The position numbers were made by a program, and so were the translations under genes. DNA of 62,397 nt, counting the filler, from Candidatus Tectimicrobiota bacterium (GTDB lineage: Bacteria; JACPSX01): assembly GCA_016193065.1 (NCBI GenBank). It is 9 parts of 9 records of this genome, joined end to end, with 100 filler letters (N's around TTAATTAATTAA, not from the genome) between each part and the next. Parts side by side here need not be neighbours in the genome. Positions count along the whole stretch, not along the records: positions 48,613 to 54,728 come from JACPSX010000063.1; positions 54,829 to 59,387 come from JACPSX010000251.1; 7 more parts are not named here. One strand, given 5' to 3'. The notes below the pieces were generated by a model. The model saw only the letters and a list, made by a program, of their open reading frames with translations. It had not been told where the DNA came from and made no database searches. Shown here piece after piece: positions 48,613 through 56,795 of the stretch; the stretch's first letter is position 1, and each line of letters starts with the position of its first letter.

Positions 48613-48798
48613 CAGGCCATCGGCTGGCATCATCCGGCCGTGCGTCTTGTAGTAGGCGCTGCCCCAGCCGAAGGTCGTGAACCGGAAGCGGAGGCGCTTG
48701 TCGCGCCTGGCCAGGGTCTCCAGGACCCTGCGTCCCTCGGCCACCACCTCGATCCCGACCCCGTCCCCGGGGATGACTGCAATCCGAAAAGTGGGCAT
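48613..48798 (-). CDS. Tartrate/3-isopropylmalate dehydrogenase family, N-terminal fragment
   Basis: RIAVIPGDGVGIEVV...WGSAYYKTHGRMMPADGL. Confidence 0.88.
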
Positions 48799-49247
48799 GC
48801 CTCCGCTCCTCGTCTTCCCCCTCTTCCCCATGATCAGCCCGCCCGGTCGTGGTCCATCCAGTGTCAGCGGAAAAGCAAAAGCCCCTCCGGTGGCGGCGGG
48901 TCTTTTTAGCACGATGAATGGAAGGAATCAAGCATGCCCACCCACTTACTGATCCCCCGACCCCTGGCCGCCGCCACCCGGTCGCCGCCGTTCATAGCTG
49001 AGGACGAGAATCGCCTTGACAGCTCTCCCGCCTGCGCGTTAGCGTCTTGCCCGATTGAACGCGGCTCCCCTGCGGTTGATCTTGAGACGGCAGGGATCCT
49101 CACTGGAAAGCGCCTGTTCCGTGAGCCCGCCGCGGCCTTTGGGGGGCAAATGACGCCCAGAAACCCAGGCGTTTTCGCAGCAACCGGCAACTCAAAAAAG
49201 GGCTCAAAGAGGATCCTGGAGCCCTTACCACCCGGTGGAGGGAACGC

Positions 49248-49490
49248 ATGAGAGCCGTTCGGGTTCAGAGCGACGGATCAATCAAACTTCCGAGAGAGAT
49301 TTTGCGACTTTTCCCGAGCACCAGCCAGCTCGCGGTGTGGACTGAGGGCGATATGATCGTCCTCAAGCGGCTGGGATCACTGAGGCCCTCAGAGATCGCG
49401 CGGCGAATGCCTGAGAAGGAGATGCCTCTCACAAAGATTGCCGCCGAAGTTCATCGCATGCGTCGGGAAAAGCGGAGCCGGCGTGGCTAA
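49248..49490 (+). CDS. AbrB/MazE-type antitoxin
   Basis: VQSDGSIKLPREIL...EGDMIVLKR; GGAGG RBS; overlaps PIN gene. Confidence 0.8.
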   Translation: MRAVRVQSDGSIKLPREILRLFPSTSQLAVWTEGDMIVLKRLGSLRPSEIARRMPEKEMPLTKIAAEVHRMRREKRSRRG

Positions 49491-49917
49491 GGCGCGGGTG
49501 GTCCTGGATGTGAACGTCTGGATCTCTGGGCTGCTGTGGACTGGAACTCCGAACAGGCTGATTCAAGCAGCCGAGGATGGTGACCTAACGCTGGTGACGA
49601 CTCCCGCGATTGTGGAGGAGATTCGTGGCGCATTCGCTCGTCCGAAGTTCGCAGCCAGGATCACAGCCTTGAATACCTCGATGGGAGAACTGATGGAGAC
49701 TCTGCTCAGCATCGTCGAAGTCATTCAGGATCCCAGGATCGAAGCTGTGATTTCGCAGGACCCGGACGATGACAAGATCTTGGCTTGCGCAATGGCCGCT
49801 GGGGCAGGCTCGATCGTCTCGGGGGACCATCATCTATTGGCCTTGAAGCGATATTCAGGGATTCCGATCGTCACGCCAAAACAATTCTGGGACGCATGGG
49901 CAAAGCGGCCAGAGTGA
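49483..49917 (+). CDS. PIN-family toxin (PIN_3-type)
   Basis: RVVLDVNVWISGLL, DPDDDKILACA, IVSGDHHLL. Confidence 0.9.
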   Translation: MAKARVVLDVNVWISGLLWTGTPNRLIQAAEDGDLTLVTTPAIVEEIRGAFARPKFAARITALNTSMGELMETLLSIVEVIQDPRIEAVISQDPDDDKILACAMAAGAGSIVSGDHHLLALKRYSGIPIVTPKQFWDAWAKRPE

Positions 49918-50074
49918 CAGCCCGTTGCGCTTCGACACCGACTGTATGTTGACCGGAAACCATCCGCCCTTCGAGCATTCCGCCATGTTCGCCGCCGAGA
50001 CCGCATGGGTGGTAGGATGAGGAGCGGGACAGTAATATCACTCAGTCAATGACGTCCCCGATTCGCGATTTTTG

Positions 50075-50125
50075 ACTTGTAATGCAACGTCCCGTCCCAC
50101 TTGTAATGCAACGTCCCGTCCCACT
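50075..50125. repeat. 24-bp tandem duplication
   Basis: ACTTGTAATGCAACGTCCCGTCCC x2 + ACT. Confidence 0.9.
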
Positions 50126-50778
50126 GGGGGTCTTATCGCGCGAATGTACGTTGGTTCAAAGAAAGCTTTCCTGTTGAGAACTCCTGCCGCGACTGCCGCG
50201 AAGGAACCAAAGCGGGAACCCGGCCACGTATGAGAAGCCAAGCTCTCTGGCGGAGGGGAGGGCCCGGCCGGCAATCGGCAGCAGCGCCCTCGTGCACGCC
50301 GCCGTAATACGTTGCCACTTTCGTCACCTTGTACTAGGGCCGCCCTGACCACCTCTCGCCGTCCGCATCTCAATGACCCCAGGGCCAGGCGGAGGCGTGG
50401 CGGGCGGGATTCCGCTTGACCCCGGCGGGCGCCCGGGAGTACGCTTCCGCCGATCACCTACCATCCAAGCCGCGCAGAATTGGTGTCCCGCTGGGGCGCC
50501 CATCCCACCACGGTCCCCCGGGTCACCGTGGCTCCTTTGTTCCATCATTGCTATAGCCATTTTCCTTGGGGGCGAAGTCGCGCCCAATCGGTCGTTCGGT
50601 TCCTGGTCGAGGGGAACTGCTGAGGCCTCAGTGCACGGCGTGAGATCGATCGATCCCTCGCGGCGTCCCGGCGATCCGGCCCGACTCGGTGTACCGGGCT
50701 ACCGAATGGGGCTGAGCATCTCGCGCAGAGGGGATCCGGCCGCTCGCAAGGTGACGAAAGTGGCCTGGTCCCCCATTA

Positions 50779-51090
50779 CTCCTCGGTTTCACATTGGAGC
50801 AAGACGCCTCGCCAGCCTTCGCGTCGGTCGTACGGGACGGCGTGCGCCTCCTCCTCAGCGGTGATGGCAGCTCGGGGAAGCGTCCGTTGCCTGACGGTCG
50901 CCGGCAGGTATCGGGCGGCTGGAAACGCGTGCACCTAGAGGTAACCGATCTCCCTGCGGAAGTTGAGCGGCTGCGTGCGGCGGGGGTTTCCTTCCGCACG
51001 AATGATATCGTGACCGGGCCGGGCGGCGCCCAGGTCATTCTCGACGACCCGTCTGGCAACCCAGTGGAGCTGTTCCAGCCTCGGCGCTGA
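50779..51090 (+). pseudogene. VOC/glyoxalase-family gene lacking its 5' end (probable cassette gene)
   Basis: LLGFTLEQD...HLEVTDL...GPGGAQVILDDPSGNPVELFQ; N-terminal strand/helix absent. Confidence 0.8.
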
Positions 51091-51159
51091 GACCCTTCAT
51101 GGCGCCGGCAGCTTGCTCCGCAGCGACAATGACGCGAATGGCGTCGCAATTCGCGTGAT

Positions 51160-51235
51160 GCCTAACCCGGCGCTGCACCTGACCGCCGCCGCGATAGCGG
51201 GTTTAGGCGGCGGCAGGTGAGCTTGGTCGATGCGC
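51160..51235 (+). repeat. attC-like site A
   Basis: GCCTAAC-CCGGC-GCTGCACCTGACCGCCGCC...GGCGGCGGCAGGTGAGC-TTGGTC-GATGCGC; extrahelical bases as in attC. Confidence 0.75.
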
Positions 51236-51345
51236 CGACGCGCGCGGCCGTCGCTCCCGTCCAGTCGGGTAACCCGGAGTTGCTCCACGTCTCCGAGCCC
51301 GGCGGCTCACGGTACATTGGGTGCTGACCGCGCCGGCGCTCCGCA

Positions 51346-51393
51346 GTCGGCGCATCGGGGCGGCGGCACGGAGCCGCCCCCGTCCGTTAGAGC
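51346..51393 (+). repeat. Short atypical attC-like site B
   Basis: GTCGGCGCATC (complement of cassette start 51229-51239), GGGGCGGC/GCCGCCCC hairpin, GTTAGAGC. Confidence 0.5.
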
Positions 51394-51435
51394 GCATTGT
51401 GCTATCTATAACTAAAAGTCGAGTCTGAGCGAACG

Positions 51436-52566
51436 ATGACCAGCGCAGCGTTTAACGCAAGGTTCAATGGCAAGCGCGCTCTGTGCGCCCTTGCCATCGT
51501 CATCATGGTCGCAGCCGCCGCGGGTTGCGATGCGGGCATGGGGCCGTTGCATGAGGCCGCTATGACCGGAAACGCTGAAGTCGTGAAGTCCTGGATCGCA
51601 CAAAAACGCAACCTCGACGTCACCTTCGACGAACCGTCGAGAGGCCTCGAAGGCAACTACTCCCGGGCGCGAGGGGTGACCGCGCTGATGATGGCCGCCA
51701 GGACGGGGCAATTCGAGATCGTGAAGCTGCTGGTGGAAGGCGGGGCGAATCTGTACGCCGAGTCGCATTGGCCCGACGGAGCGCATCCGCGCAACGCGTT
51801 CGACTACGCTGTCGAGAACGCGGTGCAGAAATCGGGAAACCCTGAAGCCGTGGAATACCTGTGGGCCAAATCGGACCGCGTCCGCTTCGCGGCCCGGCTC
51901 GACGAGCATATCGCCGCGAGCTGCCGGCGCACCTGCAACGACAAGTCCGGCGGCGACGCGCGCGGAAACCTCGCCTTGTTTCTGCTCGGCATCGCCCCCG
52001 ACCGGCAGCGCGGCAAAGGCATAAGCGAAGCGGCATGCTTTTCGCTGCAGCCGCTCGAGCTCCTGACTTTTCTCGACAAGCACGCGGTACGGTTCCCGAA
52101 GAACACGCTTCACTGCGCGGTCTATTACCCTGCGGTGAGAAGTCAGCATTCCCCGGAAGAGCGAATCGCCATGGCGTCCTTCTTTCTCGACCACGGCGCC
52201 GATCCGGAGGATCAGATCCCGGGCGTCGGCTATACCCCGCTGATGGGCGCCGCTTCCACGCACGATATTGAAATGGTGAAGTTGCTTCTGGCGCGGGGCG
52301 CAAACCCCAATGCACGGAACCCGGCGGGCGTTACCGCCATCGGTTTAGCCGCCAATATCTGCATCTCCGGTGTAGGCGCAAACGACGTCGAGCCAAGGCA
52401 GAAGCCTCAACTCGCCGTGATCGAATACCTCGCGCAGTCCGGTGCGGACGCGAAACTGTATGCATCCGAAAGCGGGCGTTCGCAATTGCAAATCCTGACG
52501 AACTGTTGCAGCCGCCAGCCGCATACCGGGACCCAGCGGCGAATATGCGAGGTTTTCGGTTTGTGA
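51436..52566 (+). CDS. Ankyrin-repeat protein, probable lipoprotein, in a gene cassette
   Basis: Hydrophobic N-terminus ending AAGC; PLHEAA, TALMMAA..G..EIVKLLVEGGA, TPLMGAA...VKLLLARGANPN. Confidence 0.88.
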   Translation: MTSAAFNARFNGKRALCALAIVIMVAAAAGCDAGMGPLHEAAMTGNAEVVKSWIAQKRNLDVTFDEPSRGLEGNYSRARGVTALMMAARTGQFEIVKLLVEGGANLYAESHWPDGAHPRNAFDYAVENAVQKSGNPEAVEYLWAKSDRVRFAARLDEHIAASCRRTCNDKSGGDARGNLALFLLGIAPDRQRGKGISEAACFSLQPLELLTFLDKHAVRFPKNTLHCAVYYPAVRSQHSPEERIAMASFFLDHGADPEDQIPGVGYTPLMGAASTHDIEMVKLLLARGANPNARNPAGVTAIGLAANICISGVGANDVEPRQKPQLAVIEYLAQSGADAKLYASESGRSQLQILTNCCSRQPHTGTQRRICEVFGL

Positions 52567-52580
52567 TGGGTGAAAACCGA

Positions 52581-52647
52581 GCTCTAACCAATAAGGATTG
52601 AGACGACCACGGCGCTTTATCGGGGTCGTCTCAATCCATTGTTCAAG
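52581..52647 (+). repeat. attC-like site C
   Basis: GCTCTAAC (complement of 51386-51393), 14-bp stem GGATTGAGACGACC/GGTCGTCTCAATCC, GTTCAAG. Confidence 0.7.
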
Positions 52648-52671
52648 AAGCCCGAAGCGGCGACGACCTGT

Positions 52672-52687
52672 TGGCACGATCTCTGCT
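52672..52687 (+). promoter_or_regulatory. sigma54 (-24/-12) promoter-like sequence
   Basis: TGGCACGATCTCTGCT, exact GG-N10-GC spacing. Confidence 0.6.
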
Positions 52688-52907
52688 ATTAGGGTAATGC
52701 TTCGATGCGGGACGTGGGCAGGAGAGAGAGGTACTGTCCTCTCTGGATGGTGTTGCGGCTCTTCACTCCGCAGAGGCAGATACTGGGTGGGTTGGGCATG
52801 AGAGTTCCCACCGGAAACGGTCGTTCAGGAATCGACGGGTATCATACAAGGCTCGCCCGTTAGACGCAAGGTCGCGCTGATGTCGTGAGGGGATTCTGCC
52901 GCGAAGC

Positions 52908-52955
52908 GGCTTACTTGAACAGCAGGTTGCAGCGGACGCTCGCAAGCGAGCGCCG
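52908..52955 (+). repeat. attC-like site D, truncated by an IS end
   Basis: GGCTTACTTGAAC (complement of 52641-52652), AGCAG-GTTGCAGCGGACGCTCGCAAGCGAGCGCCG; right arm missing. Confidence 0.72.
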
Positions 52956-52985
52956 GGTAGTGGGTCAGTTTCAAAAATCTGGAGG

Positions 52986-53762
52986 TTAACTTGCGCTGTT
53001 GTGCTTCTCGCAGGGCTTGGCGTAGGTCGGCACGTAGCCCGGACCACCATTTTCGGGGAAGTTGGTCAGATCCGTCCCCCAATAGATATTGCAAAATTCC
53101 AACCTGTGGGGATGGCCGAATACGTCCGTATATCTGATCTCTCCGAATACGTAGATCCGCTTGGTTCCCGCCATGACCGCCGATTGATCCGCCCCCTCCG
53201 CAGTCAGTTTTCCTCCGCGTTGCATTATGGCATGTTCAATTCCTGGACTCATTATCGTGATGCCCTCTTGACGGTTCCCTGGTCCGAGGTTGGCTATCTC
53301 GTTGGGAGTCAGGGGCGGCCTGACGATCATCCCGGCAAACTGCTCCACATCCTTCGCGTAGGTTTTCCCACTGTTGCCAATGTTTGTGTAATTTTCAAGC
53401 GGGCAGTTGTCGCTGACGCAATAGAGGAATCCCGGCCTTGCATAGAGATAGGCCCGTTCGGAGAGTTCGGAGGAAAGTTTCGATTCTCGCAACTGATTTC
53501 CCATAGCGCACCATTGCATAACAGAGGTGACGACGAGAGCCAAGGTAAAGAGTGCTATCCAACCGCTAGAAGCCTCTACGGAAAATACCTTGCGTATCCA
53601 TTTGAGCCACTTCTGCTGTATGGTCTTCTGGCCGGCGTGGGGATGCTCCTGTGGCAATTGAGCTGGTGCTTTATCCAGGGAGGTGGGCGACTCTCCGTCG
53701 GATTGATCGGACTTGCCCTCGGACTTCTGTTGTTTGTTCTGTTCCTTCATCATTTGGCTCAA
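52986..53762 (-). CDS. Hypothetical membrane-anchored passenger protein
   Basis: 258 aa, one TM helix WIALFTLALVVTSVMQW, YVFGEIRYTDVFG motif; GGAGG RBS. Confidence 0.7.
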   Translation of the reverse strand: MSQMMKEQNKQQKSEGKSDQSDGESPTSLDKAPAQLPQEHPHAGQKTIQQKWLKWIRKVFSVEASSGWIALFTLALVVTSVMQWCAMGNQLRESKLSSELSERAYLYARPGFLYCVSDNCPLENYTNIGNSGKTYAKDVEQFAGMIVRPPLTPNEIANLGPGNRQEGITIMSPGIEHAIMQRGGKLTAEGADQSAVMAGTKRIYVFGEIRYTDVFGHPHRLEFCNIYWGTDLTNFPENGGPGYVPTYAKPCEKHNSAS

Positions 53763-53819
53763 CCCTCCGCTTCGCCCTGCGCCACCTCCTCGCCTAGGAT
53801 TCTCGCAGCCAATTCTTTA

Positions 53820-54030
53820 TCACTTGCGATCCATCAGCGCCACGATTTCTTCAAGGGCCCAGACGTGATCCGCCACCCCCGCCTCCATGGCCGGAGTGAC
53901 CCGAAGGGTCTGGTGAATCCTCCCGAAGTTGTACCACATGAAGTGGAGGGCCACGGCAGCCTCTAGGTTTTCTACCTTCTTCGAGAAGGCGTTGGTCAGA
54001 CGGGTAAAGCGCCGCATGCTCATGCGCATA
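53820..54030 (-). pseudogene. IS1-family transposase C-terminal fragment
   Basis: MRMSMRRFTRLTNAFSKKVENL...YNFGRIHQTLRVTPAMEAG. Confidence 0.85.
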
Positions 54031-54728
54031 CGTTGGTGCAGAAACAACTTCCTGTCTAGCCCACCACGGCGGCTTTCGCGGCGTCAAGAGGCGAAGGGGA
54101 TTGCCCCTCAGCTCTCAGGCGATAACCTCTCTGGCCCGTGGCCCGGGGCAAGGTGCACGTCGGCGGGCCGACATTCGGGTGGCGGCGGAAAGTCGCCCCC
54201 GGGTGATCCCGGGGGCGATGGGGACACCCGGTGCGCCCGTCCTTGAGCACGCCGGTCCCCGGCGGCGTCTGCGCCACGCCCGTCGCCATGCTCCACAAAA
54301 CTTGTTGCAATCCTTCGAGCGGCCCTCAGCCCTTTCCTCTTGACTTGCCCCTTCGAGGGGCGCTAGCGTTTCCCCGCACGTGCCCCGGTGTCTTCACCTC
54401 AGCCTGGTGAGGACGGCTCCGCCGGGCACGCAGGAGCCCGCCGACGGCAGCCCGATCTGCCCTTGGGGGGTTCTCCCTTCGAAGGGCCGTCACTCTTCCT
54501 GGGTGGGGCGATTTCGCTACCGAGCGAAGTGAATCCGGCATGCCACGGAAAAAGCCGAGCGTCCCTTTTGGGCCGCCCGGACAAGTTGTTTCAGAACCAA
54601 CGTCCCCCAAAACGGAAGATCAGACGCCGGGCCAGATGAAGGTCGAGATTCTGGATGAGGTCGAAGCCGCGCTGAAGGCAGTCCGCAAGGGTGAGAGTCC
54701 AAAGGCGAGCGAGGATAGGGGCGACAGG

Positions 54729-54828
54729 NNNNNNNNNNNNNNNNNNNNNNNNNNNNNNNNNNNNNNNNNNNNTTAATTAATTAANNNNNNNNNNNNNNNN
54801 NNNNNNNNNNNNNNNNNNNNNNNNNNNN
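54729..54828. other. Artificial contig linker
   Basis: N44-TTAATTAATTAA-N44. Confidence 0.99.
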
Positions 54829-54981
54829 CACCGGTCGGTGCTCCCCCCTCTCCCAGATGGAGATGGTGCATGGGTCCACCTTTAGCTTCCGGGCCAAGTC
54901 TTCCTGCCTGAGACCCAGGAGCCGCCGTCGGGCGGCGATCTTCTCCCCCAGGGCCTTGGGCTGGGGTCCAAATGTCCACAT
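54829..54981 (-). CDS. XRE-family HTH fragment
   Basis: LGEKIAARRRLLGLRQEDLARKLKVDPCTISIWERG. Confidence 0.7.
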
Positions 54982-55198
54982 GACGCCGCGGCATACCCGG
55001 CGGTACTGCCGGATTGACCTGCAAGGAGAAAAGCTCCTGGAGCTGGCCGTGGAGAAGCTGGGTTTGAGCGCCCGGGGACACCAACGCATCCTCAAGGTGG
55101 CACGGACCATTGCGGATCTGGCGGAGGAGGAAGAAATTCGCACGGAGCACCTCTCCGAGGCCATCCAGTACCGCAGCCTGGACCGGAGGCTTACGTAG
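54971..55198 (+). pseudogene. comM: 3' fragment of comM/yifB Mg-chelatase-like ATPase
   Basis: LGLSARGHQRILKVARTIADL...HLSEAIQYRSLDR; no upstream comM sequence. Confidence 0.88.
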
Positions 55199-55346
55199 GA
55201 GTGGAAGGATTGGCGTACGAAGGTTTACCTGAATTTCCTGCAGAGCGGAGCTCACACCCGCAGCGCACGTTAATATCACGTCTTCGTCACGGGAGTGTCC
55301 CCAGATCCACCGCTAAATATAGGTTTGCCTACCTCTTGGGCGGTTC

Positions 55347-56603
55347 CTACTTGCCGAAGGTCCCCTTCAGGTTGATTAGGCGGGGCTGCTTCAGGTACTC
55401 GGCCGGGTCCATTCCCAGGAACTGATCCACGCCGTGAATGGTCTCGACGACGACTGGCTGGATTCGGTCGCCCACTTTTTCGATTCGGCTCATGTGCATG
55501 TCCGCGATCACGTTATGAAAGCGGTCGAACCGGATGCGGCCCCGGGGCGTGTCCAGGCTCGTCTTAGCAAGCGCCTCCACGAAGCGCGCGGAATCCTCGA
55601 TGTTTCCGCCGGTGGCTTTCATGGCCTCGTCGATGGCGGCCATTGCATCGTAAGTAAACTCGGCCGGTGCGCCCGGTTCCCTGCCAAACTTGGCACGAAA
55701 GGCCTGGACGAACTTCCGATTCCGCGGGCTGTCAATGGTGAAAATGTAGGGCTGGACGCCGTAGACGCCCAGGGCCGCCACCCCCGCTGCCGGCAGGTTT
55801 GTCATGTCCGTGAACCCGACTGCCACGTCCACGACCGGGATCTTCCCCGTTAATCCGAATTCCTGGAATTGTTTGATGAACCGGACGCCGTCGGAGCCGG
55901 GGATCATCGTACCGACCACGTCCACGTCCCGTCGGATCCGGGCGATGTACGGTCCGAAATCAGTGGTGCCCAGCGGGGCGTAGATCTCCTGGACCACCTT
56001 TCCGCCCGCCTTCTCGAAGGCGCGGCCGAAGGCCAGTATCAGCTCAAGCGGCCCCACGCTGTCCGTGCCGACGAGGACGGCGGTGCGGGCTTTCAGGTTT
56101 TTGTAGACCCAGTTGGCTGTGGGGGAGGGGGGCATGGCCGCGCCGTAAGTGATGCGGAAAAAATAGGGGTTGGGCTGAAGTGTGAGCGATTCGGCCGCGG
56201 CGAAGCCGGAGATGATGAGGGGGACCTTCTGGGCCGTGACATAGTCCTTGATGGCTATAGCGGCGGCACTTAGGACGATCCCCACCATGGCCTGGGCGCG
56301 ATCACGCTCTACCAGCTTTCGCGCCTTCGTGAGAGCCACATCCGGCTTGACGGCATAGTCTTCAACAACCAGCTCCACCTTGCGCCGGGCCATCTCCCCG
56401 TTGACGTCGTCCAAGTAGAGGCGGGCACCGTCAACGATGTCCCGGGCGAACGAGTTGAACGGCCCGGTCAGCGGAGCGAGGACCCCGATGGTGATGGGCG
56501 TCGTTCTGCCGGGTCCCTGCGCCTCGGCCGATGGCGCGGGGACCAGCCCGCACAGGGTCAAAAGAGCGACGATGACAATCAGGGCGCGTCCGAAGATCCG
56601 CAT
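55347..56603 (-). CDS. Branched-chain amino acid / aromatic acid ABC substrate-binding protein
   Basis: Signal peptide; IGVLAPLTGPF, PLGTTDFGPYI, TPRGRIRFD; AGGAGGAG RBS. Confidence 0.9.
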   Translation of the reverse strand: MRIFGRALIVIVALLTLCGLVPAPSAEAQGPGRTTPITIGVLAPLTGPFNSFARDIVDGARLYLDDVNGEMARRKVELVVEDYAVKPDVALTKARKLVERDRAQAMVGIVLSAAAIAIKDYVTAQKVPLIISGFAAAESLTLQPNPYFFRITYGAAMPPSPTANWVYKNLKARTAVLVGTDSVGPLELILAFGRAFEKAGGKVVQEIYAPLGTTDFGPYIARIRRDVDVVGTMIPGSDGVRFIKQFQEFGLTGKIPVVDVAVGFTDMTNLPAAGVAALGVYGVQPYIFTIDSPRNRKFVQAFRAKFGREPGAPAEFTYDAMAAIDEAMKATGGNIEDSARFVEALAKTSLDTPRGRIRFDRFHNVIADMHMSRIEKVGDRIQPVVVETIHGVDQFLGMDPAEYLKQPRLINLKGTFGK

Positions 56604-56645
56604 GGCTCCTCCTTTTTTGTATATCGTTGAGCCCCATTTCCGGGT

Positions 56646-56727
56646 TTACTGCACGAGTCCGATCTTGCGAAAAAAAGCCGGATTTCTCTAGGTTGTCGAC
56701 AAAAGAGTTGTCGACCAACTCGTTCGG
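56646..56727 (-). pseudogene. C-terminal scar of an NMT1-like substrate-binding protein
   Basis: PNELVDNSFVDNLEKSGFF resembles the C-terminus of the 20076-21170 protein (DLFDNTFVENLDKSGFL). Confidence 0.6.
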
Positions 56728-56795
56728 ATCGGCCCTGTGCGCTTGGGAAGCTCAAGGCTCCCCCACTGGCCTGATACCCTAAGAACATCTCACTA

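Larger units (their letters stand above)
52956..54030 (-). mobile_element. IS1-family element remnant with passenger gene
   Basis: End GGTAGTGGGTCAGTTTCAAA at 52956; passenger ORF; transposase C-terminus at 53820-54030; left part missing. Confidence 0.65.

Noticed and set aside
50075-50125. 24-bp direct repeats as a possible CRISPR array
   Set aside because: Two adjacent copies with no spacer and no cas genes; simple tandem duplication
49950-50780. Several 60-170 aa ORFs between the PIN gene and the glyoxalase fragment
   Set aside because: Low-complexity R/P/G-rich translations with no motifs or RBS; probably decayed accessory DNA
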